32,000 bases of DNA from an archaeon. GTDB lineage: Archaea; Asgardarchaeota; Thorarchaeia; Thorarchaeales; Thorarchaeaceae. The stretch spans positions 120,001 to 152,000 of the forward strand of contig JAJRZD010000043.1 in the NCBI GenBank assembly GCA_024275415.1, read 5' to 3'. Positions 25,868-32,000 of this stretch are shown piece after piece. Numbering within the stretch: position 1 is the first letter of the stretch; every line of letters starts with the position of its first letter. Made by a program: the position numbers and the translations under genes. The notes beneath the pieces are model-generated. The model did no database searches. It was given only the letters and a program-made list of their open reading frames with translations, and was not told the DNA's origin.

Positions 25868-27316
25868 TCACCCCAATGCTGCTGGGTCGGATTCGTGATT
25901 CTGATTCCTTGTATAGTTGACTTCCACTGGGTTCAGCCCTCGAAGCGCTGAAACACCTGCTGCGATCACGACGACCATACACGTAGAATAGATTGCAATG
26001 CGGTATGCACCAGAATACGCGGCGAAGAACACAGGGCCGGCTGTCGCACCGCTGGGGTTCAAGAGTACAAAGAAGAGTGAGAATATAGAAGTCGCAAGAG
26101 CAGTGGCGATGCTAAAACCAGTAGTCCTAGCGATATTAGTCAGAGCACTCACGACGCCCATGTACTCGTGTGGTGCAGAGGTCATGATAAAGTTCCCATT
26201 TGCGACAGAGAACAGAGAGAGACCGCTCCCCATGACCACAATGCCAAGAAGGATTAACGGGACATCAGGGATCACTGTGGCGATGAAAACGAGCCCCGCA
26301 GTTTCAATCAAGAGACCTGCTGTTGTCAGTACCCTACCATTCACGCGCTCGGAGAAATACCCTGCGATAGGACCAGTAACTGAGATAGTGATAGGTTGTG
26401 TGATTAAGACGATACCTGTTAGAGACTGGGAAAAGCCTAATGCCTCTTGCAAGAAGAAGGGTAGGAGGAACGTCACAGGTATCATCCCAAAATATGCAAG
26501 GATGGCAGAGAAGATGCTAGTACTGATCCTTTTGTCAGCTAGCACCTTTGTGGGAATGATAGGGCTGATGAACGTACGTTCTCGCTGGATGAACCCGATG
26601 AACAGTACCAGAGTACTACCTAACATCACAATGATCATCATTGGCTCTAGAGTTGCCAGGACTGATATCGTATAGACGAACATGAACAAGGACGAGAAAA
26701 AGAGGACAGCCCCTACCGTATCGAACTTGGTCTCATGAATCTTCTCCGTGTGTGGCACAAGCTTTGACACAGCGATGAATCCGATAGCCCCGATAGGTAG
26801 GTTCACCAAGAAGATACTTTCCCATCCGTAGAACTCGCTGAGAACGCCCCCTAGTACTGGGCCAATAGCCAACGCTGCAGCTAGGACAACAGAGTTGATC
26901 CCGATTGCCCGTCCTCTATTCTCTGGGGTCGTGAAATATGTCACAAGGGCAAGCCCGTTTGCAGTCATCATAGCGGAGCCGATTCCCTGAAAGATTCTAG
27001 ACGCTATGAGGATGAAAAGGGTAGGTGACAGAGCACAGAACAGAGACCCTAGGACGAAGATGACCATGCCTGTCTGGAATACTCTTGTCTTCCCGAAACG
27101 GTCTCCGAATTTCCCCATCAATGGCATCATTGAGGTCAGGACGAGCAGGTAGACGATTACCACCCATTGAATAGACTCGATGTCCACCGAGAGAGCATTT
27201 GCTATCGTGACCAGTGAAACGTTGACTATGGAGCCATCAAGAGCACTAAGGAATATACCGAAGCTGGTGCCAAGGATGATGGACACCCAGCTTGGTAATC
27301 GATGTGACTCGCTCAT
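25868..27316 (-). CDS. MFS transporter, DHA2 (EmrB/QacA-like, 14-TM) drug/H+ antiporter family
   Basis: LSALDGSIVNV, motif A GKFGDRFGKTR, ASRIFQGIG, GPVLGG, W.SIFLVNLPIG and a second-half GYFSERVNGR. Confidence 0.92.
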   Translation of the reverse strand: MSESHRLPSWVSIILGTSFGIFLSALDGSIVNVSLVTIANALSVDIESIQWVVIVYLLVLTSMMPLMGKFGDRFGKTRVFQTGMVIFVLGSLFCALSPTLFILIASRIFQGIGSAMMTANGLALVTYFTTPENRGRAIGINSVVLAAALAIGPVLGGVLSEFYGWESIFLVNLPIGAIGFIAVSKLVPHTEKIHETKFDTVGAVLFFSSLFMFVYTISVLATLEPMMIIVMLGSTLVLFIGFIQRERTFISPIIPTKVLADKRISTSIFSAILAYFGMIPVTFLLPFFLQEALGFSQSLTGIVLITQPITISVTGPIAGYFSERVNGRVLTTAGLLIETAGLVFIATVIPDVPLILLGIVVMGSGLSLFSVANGNFIMTSAPHEYMGVVSALTNIARTTGFSIATALATSIFSLFFVLLNPSGATAGPVFFAAYSGAYRIAIYSTCMVVVIAAGVSALRGLNPVEVNYTRNQNHESDPAALG

Positions 27317-27467
27317 GTCATGACCTCATTGATTCAGTACATGCTGCAACTTTCATCGCAGACTTAAGCTTTGGGCTAAGGGACTGGATAGATTGTGAAC
27401 GAGTTAAAACAAGACTTGTTGTCAACAGATCCACACTCTCTCCATCACGATGTGGATTGCAGACCTA

Positions 27468-27632
27468 ATGCCTTCGGACTTCCAGAGAATCAATGACCTC
27501 CCGGATATAGTTAAGGAGATTGATGACATTCTAGATGGTATAGACTACTGCCAAACTCGCATATATCCTCGAACTGTATACCTCGACTATCTCAGCGATG
27601 CTTGGTACCTATGGTATGGAAGACTCCGGTAA
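27468..27632 (+). CDS. Possible small protein (54-60 aa), hypothetical
   Basis: MPSDFQRINDLPDIVKEIDDILDGIDYCQTRIYPRTVYLDYLSDAWYLWYGRLR fills otherwise empty space co-oriented with fdhD. No family recognised. Confidence 0.3.
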   Translation: MPSDFQRINDLPDIVKEIDDILDGIDYCQTRIYPRTVYLDYLSDAWYLWYGRLR

Positions 27633-27665
27633 GAAAGAAAGCAAATAGCAACGCCGACCGAACAG

Positions 27666-28448
27666 ATGATGTTTTATCAAGCCTCTGCTATGGTGTTCCC
27701 TATGAAGGGAACAAGGCAGGGACACTTTCTTCGTTTCGTGAACGGCGAATTCATCGAAATGAAAGAAACGGTCGCATCAGAGGGTTTACTGGAACTATGG
27801 ATCGAGGATATGCAGATTGCTCGCTTCACCTGTAGCCCTGATATGAAACCAGAACTCGCGCTTGGATTCCTAATCACGTCAGGGTTGCTGTTCCCAACCG
27901 AAGATTGTGAGCTGGATATTGTTGATGAACGGACAATGGTTCTGAGAACCGAGGCGAAGACAAGGCTAGTCCAGAGATTCTTACAAACACAGGTGGAGCC
28001 AATCCTTCCTGTAATGAAAAACGATCCCTATGAGATAGTGATTCCAGTCGCGGATGTCAAGTCACTTGCGAAAGATCTTGTCGGATCTCAGAATCTATAT
28101 CCCGCCACAAGTGGAGCCCATGGTGCTCTGATTCATGATACTACTAGTGGAGAGCATATCATTGCTGAGGACATCGGCCGACTCAATGCTGTTGACAAGG
28201 TTATTGGTGCAGGGATAAGGAAGGGATATGACTTCTCAAAAGCGCTGTGCATCGTCACAGGGAAGTTAACCTCTGAACTGGTTTCGAAAGTTATCAATGC
28301 CAGAATCCCCTTTTTAGGGTCTCTCACGGTCGCGACCGACCTTGGAATCCATTTAGCAATGAACTCGCATCAAACTCTAGCGGGTCGTCTTCGGGATGAA
28401 CAGTTCTGGTTGTATTGCAAAGGTCATGCAACGCTTGTGCCAGAGTGA
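27666..28448 (+). CDS. fdhD: FdhD/NarQ-family protein (formate dehydrogenase accessory sulfurtransferase-like), divergent
   Basis: TCSP, ELALGFL, SQ.LY.ATSGAHGA, EDIGRLNAVDKVIG and TGKLTSELVSK track the FdhD consensus. The start may be ATG 27702. Confidence 0.8.
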   Translation: MMFYQASAMVFPMKGTRQGHFLRFVNGEFIEMKETVASEGLLELWIEDMQIARFTCSPDMKPELALGFLITSGLLFPTEDCELDIVDERTMVLRTEAKTRLVQRFLQTQVEPILPVMKNDPYEIVIPVADVKSLAKDLVGSQNLYPATSGAHGALIHDTTSGEHIIAEDIGRLNAVDKVIGAGIRKGYDFSKALCIVTGKLTSELVSKVINARIPFLGSLTVATDLGIHLAMNSHQTLAGRLRDEQFWLYCKGHATLVPE

Positions 28449-28451
28449 CTA

Positions 28452-31430
28452 TTATTCGAAAGTTTCAGCGATGCTGAAAAGAACCGTATCCGTTCCCTCT
28501 ATCCGTGACAGTTCAAGATCCACTAGGATGTCCTTGCCATAGGCAGTCCGTAGTATCCATTCTAATCGTTGAGGATTCCCATCAAGGGCCTTCGAGATAC
28601 AATCTTTCATCTTGCTTTTCGAGCTTGAACCATCTGGCTGTTTTCTTGGCGCTTTGCTCCAAGCACGGAGTCTTACAAGCTCGTCTAATTCCATGCCTAA
28701 GACTGACAAAAGTGCATCATTTGCAAATTCGAACTTGTCATCCCTAATCACAGCCATGCCATTCTTGGCAGCCTTCATCATCGCCATAAGCTTTCGTATC
28801 TTTTCGTCTTTGAGAGCGGCGACTGCCTTTTCGCCTGTAATATCAATGAGAATAGACAGGATGGCGGGCTCTCCTTGATAGATAATCTTTTGAGGTGCAT
28901 CTCGGATCCAGACAACTTTCTTGTCTTTACCTATAATTCGATATTCGAATGATGGATGATATTCTCCGACTTCACCTTCAAGAATCACCTTGACTTTTTC
29001 CTCGACCATTGCGAGATCCTCTGGATGGAAAAGCGCATTGACCTGTTTGGACGAGAATGATTCCATCTCCTTGGCACTGAACCCCATTGTCTTCTGTACC
29101 GCCTGGTTCATGTAGACGATTTGAAGAGGTGGGTATCGAGTGATCGCAATCCCGAGGTTTGACCTCTCGACAAGCATCCGGTACCTTTCCTCACTTTCAC
29201 GAAGTGCTTCTTCCGCTTGCTTTCGTTCAGTTATATCCACTCCAGAGCTGATGAGACCTATGATCTCCTTGTTCTCATCATACAACAGGTTCGCCCGCCA
29301 CGCGACCAATCGCTTATTGCCCTTACGGGTAATGACAGCACGCTCACTGTAGTCAATATAGTCTGGGTCACCCTTCATAAGATCCGAGAACAGTTGTTTC
29401 ACTTCATCACGCTCATCTTCGGGAACAAACTCGAACCATGATGTCCCTACAACATCCTCATCAACAGGTATCTCGAGAACATGACGACCAACTCGATTAA
29501 GGAGCGATATGTTACCTTCGCGGTCTAGCACGAGGAAGATATTACCTGCCATTTTGAGATACATTCGAGCAAGGTCGCGTTGGGCTCTGAGTGCCCTCTC
29601 TGCCTCCACTCGCTCGGTGATGTCGCGAAAGAGAAATTGGAATCCTGTGTGCTCGCTGTTCTTTCTAAGAGCTGTACCAGTAGCATGAAAATAGAAGACA
29701 CTCCTGTCCTTCCTCTGCCCCCGTGCTTCTAACCCCTGGTATCTTTCCTCCGACCCGAGTACGTTTGCCTCGAATGTGTTGATGACCCAGAGCCGATCGT
29801 CTGGGTGAATCAGCTCGTTTATGTTCATGCCTACCATGTCAGAGGGATCATAACCGAACATCTCTCCAGCAATCGGGTTGCAGAACAATATCTTCCCCTC
29901 TTTGTCAGTCATAAATACCGCATCTGGGATATTCTCGAAAAGAGTCCTGTAGCGTATCTCACTCTGTTTCAATGCCTGTTCGGCGTTGTGTTGGTCAGTG
30001 ATATCTACTTCAAGTACCTGAATGGCGGGATGCCCCTCATACTCGATGACCCGTGCATAGGAGTCAACCCATCTGACCTCACCATCCGGTCGGATGTATC
30101 TGAAGCGGAGCGCCGGAAGCTGTCCCGTTTCTATCTTTTCAAATTCGATCCGTCGCTTCAGATTATCCAAGTCGTCAGGATGGAAAACTTGCTTGAACCC
30201 ATCAGAATTCATAGCAATGAGTTCTCCAATTTCTCTCCCAACAATCTTTGCATACGCCGGGTTTGCAAAGATGACTCTCCCGTCTTGTAGGATTGCGATG
30301 CCTTGCACAGAATCGTTCACTAAGCGTTGGTACTGCTCTTCACTTTGACCAAGTGCCTCAAGAGTCAGCTTTTCCCAACTAATATCCCGGACTATACCTG
30401 CTGCACGGACAGGATTATTTTTGGAATCAAACTCCACAAAACTTCCCCGGTCTATCACCCACTTGTAGTCGCCATTCTTTGTAAGCAGACGGTATTCAGC
30501 AGAGTAGAAAGGGGTCTGTCCCGTCAGGTGTTCGTACCACTTTATCCTTATCAACTCAACATCATCAGGATGAACTAACTTGCGCCAATCGGAAGCAAAG
30601 GCTTCCATCTCATCTAACGTGTATCCAAGGAGTTTTGCATATCTTTCGGTGAACACCATTCTTGCATCCTTCTGATACCACTCCCAAGGCGCAAGATCAG
30701 CACCTTTCAGTGCCAAATCCAATATCTCTTGGCTTCTCTTGAGAGCTTCCTGAGCCTTTCTAGTCCCAGTAATATCCCTCACGACCGCGATGATACTCTC
30801 ACCGTCATCATGCAAGCTCATGGTGATTGAGAACCAGTGTCGCATGCCATCAATGTCTAGCTCGTATTCGAATGCATCTGGAACACCACTTTCCTTGACT
30901 TTCTGTGCAAGATCAACAGCACGCGCGTTCACTTCAGCAGGGAGCACCTTGTCCTCTGACAACCCGAGTGGGATCTCAATGGCAGTAGGAACAAAGAACC
31001 TCGCTGCCGTGCGAAAGTACATTCCCCGCACGCGTTTGCTAGAATCCTTCTCTGTTGGTGGGGGATATTGCTCGACAAGTCCCTGATCCCTAAGCTTGTG
31101 AAGGTGGTAATAGCAATTATAACTGGTGAGCCCCAATTCCGGATTCGAATTGCCAACAGCGTCGACAATCTCTTGTACGCTCATCCAGTAACGAATAACA
31201 GGTTTTCTGACAGTCACTTCTTCTATTACCTCAGTGCCATCTTCGAGGTTTCTCTTTGTCCTACGCACCTCGGTTTCAAAATCCTCCACCCCCTTGTCCA
31301 GTGCACGGATAACTTCTCTACGAATAGGATCATACAGGGACTGTCGTTGCTCATCTGAATCAAGCATCATGAAATCTCTACGCAGAGTGTCAGGAAAGTT
31401 AGGATGCCCCTTTGTTTCGCTCATGGACAT
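28452..31430 (-). CDS. Winged-helix (ArsR-like, with insertion) plus multi-PAS sensory protein with no kinase or other output domain
   Basis: N-terminal LYDPIRREVI...MSVQEI...CYYHLHKLRDQGLV...YFRTAARFF, then a partial PAS and six PAS units with HPDD motifs and (R/V)DIT ends. GGAG precedes ATG 31430. Confidence 0.88.
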   Translation of the reverse strand: MSMSETKGHPNFPDTLRRDFMMLDSDEQRQSLYDPIRREVIRALDKGVEDFETEVRRTKRNLEDGTEVIEEVTVRKPVIRYWMSVQEIVDAVGNSNPELGLTSYNCYYHLHKLRDQGLVEQYPPPTEKDSSKRVRGMYFRTAARFFVPTAIEIPLGLSEDKVLPAEVNARAVDLAQKVKESGVPDAFEYELDIDGMRHWFSITMSLHDDGESIIAVVRDITGTRKAQEALKRSQEILDLALKGADLAPWEWYQKDARMVFTERYAKLLGYTLDEMEAFASDWRKLVHPDDVELIRIKWYEHLTGQTPFYSAEYRLLTKNGDYKWVIDRGSFVEFDSKNNPVRAAGIVRDISWEKLTLEALGQSEEQYQRLVNDSVQGIAILQDGRVIFANPAYAKIVGREIGELIAMNSDGFKQVFHPDDLDNLKRRIEFEKIETGQLPALRFRYIRPDGEVRWVDSYARVIEYEGHPAIQVLEVDITDQHNAEQALKQSEIRYRTLFENIPDAVFMTDKEGKILFCNPIAGEMFGYDPSDMVGMNINELIHPDDRLWVINTFEANVLGSEERYQGLEARGQRKDRSVFYFHATGTALRKNSEHTGFQFLFRDITERVEAERALRAQRDLARMYLKMAGNIFLVLDREGNISLLNRVGRHVLEIPVDEDVVGTSWFEFVPEDERDEVKQLFSDLMKGDPDYIDYSERAVITRKGNKRLVAWRANLLYDENKEIIGLISSGVDITERKQAEEALRESEERYRMLVERSNLGIAITRYPPLQIVYMNQAVQKTMGFSAKEMESFSSKQVNALFHPEDLAMVEEKVKVILEGEVGEYHPSFEYRIIGKDKKVVWIRDAPQKIIYQGEPAILSILIDITGEKAVAALKDEKIRKLMAMMKAAKNGMAVIRDDKFEFANDALLSVLGMELDELVRLRAWSKAPRKQPDGSSSKSKMKDCISKALDGNPQRLEWILRTAYGKDILVDLELSRIEGTDTVLFSIAETFE

Positions 31431-31542
31431 GAACTCCTTGTTCTAACACGATTCCTATAGTACTTCTGAACCATGCCTATATATTTGTATCGTTTCCAAT
31501 AAGGATTTCGGATAATTTATGACATTTAAAATGATAATAATT

Positions 31543-31595
31543 GTTATTAAAAAATAACCAAATAAGATAGGGTACTACTGAATAATATTTAAATA
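31543..31595. promoter_or_regulatory. AT-rich divergent promoter region with two palindromes
   Basis: GTTATT-AAAA-AATAAC at 31543-31558 and TATTTAAATA at 31586-31595 (TATA-like) lie between two divergent wHTH paralogs. Confidence 0.45.
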
Positions 31596-31671
31596 CAATA
31601 GCAGGTTAGTTAACACACGTCTAAAAAGCACAGGTTTAGTGCTTGGACCAAGACGGGGTGCAATTGACATT

Positions 31672-32000
31672 ATGATCGATGTAGAAGAATCAACTAGTCT
31701 AACTCCTGAAGAAGCAGGCCGCAGACTGATTCTGAAACTAGAGGATAGTGAACAAGAGAGCACCCTTTATCATCCGATTAGAAGGAAGATAATTGAAGTC
31801 CTATCGTCAGGCATTCTTGACTTTCAGGTTTCAACTGACCTGCGAGAAGACATCCTTGATGATGGAACGGCAATATCCCATATGGTGAGTACACGAACCC
31901 CCTTCCAGAGATACTGGATGACAGTGGCAGAGATACTGGATGCGATTGAAAGATCACATCCAAAGATCAAAGTCACAAAACATCGATGCTATTATCATTT
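31672..32000 (+). CDS. Winged-helix protein paralogous to the N-terminus of 28452-31430; truncated by the window edge
   Basis: Manual translation gives MIDVEESTSLTPEEAGRRLILKLEDSEQESTLYHPIRRKIIEVLSSGILDF...LDDGT...RYWMTVAEILDAI...KVTKHRCYYH. GGGGTG lies upstream, and the protein aligns without gaps to the wHTH of the minus-strand gene. Confidence 0.85.
   Translation, partial: MIDVEESTSLTPEEAGRRLILKLEDSEQESTLYHPIRRKIIEVLSSGILDFQVSTDLREDILDDGTAISHMVSTRTPFQRYWMTVAEILDAIERSHPKIKVTKHRCYYH

Noticed and set aside
25998-26675. Long antisense ORFs (225 aa here; also 4943-5449, 6533-6985, 29805-30290 and others)
   Set aside because: They lie entirely opposite well-supported genes and read as codon shadows without motifs.
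27408-27420. AACAAG-A-CTTGTT palindrome upstream of the MFS gene
   Set aside because: A single 6-bp inverted repeat with no adjacent regulator or second copy; plausible by chance.
28452-30760. LOV photoreceptor among the PAS domains
   Set aside because: No GxNCRFLQ motif is present in any unit.

Overview
Gene-dense archaeal window with tight ATGA/TGATG overlaps, GGAG/GGGGTG ribosome-binding sites and TATA-like boxes. It most resembles an Asgard archaeon, possibly Thorarchaeia. That assignment is an inference from two stand-alone small GTPases, a non-pyrrolysine MttB homolog, a NosD-type cell-surface protein and wHTH-PAS proteins. Recognisable content: a partial DUF4139 protein, an MttB-family methyltransferase, a large secreted EEP nuclease with four lamin-tail-domain repeats, a pncB-pncA NAD salvage operon plus a decayed pncA fragment, a sensor histidine kinase, a stand-alone E2 acyltransferase core, a beta-helix surface protein, a TPR protein, Arf-like and Rab-like GTPases, a HAD hydrolase, a rubredoxin missed by the ORF track, a thioredoxin-fold protein, a TldD/TldE pair, an M48 protease, a DHA2 MFS exporter, a divergent FdhD and a wHTH-6xPAS protein. 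I saw no rRNA, tRNA, CRISPR array or transposase. The least explained items are: three separate paralog pairs I cannot place in a named family (tandem 8455-9593, convergent 14184-15152, divergent 28452-32000); an M48 protease with an internal canonical EF-hand loop; a kinase whose membrane domain looks VUT-transporter-like; and a GC-rich, multi-hairpin intergenic element at 14071-14180. All alignments and identity counts were done by eye; no database searches were run.
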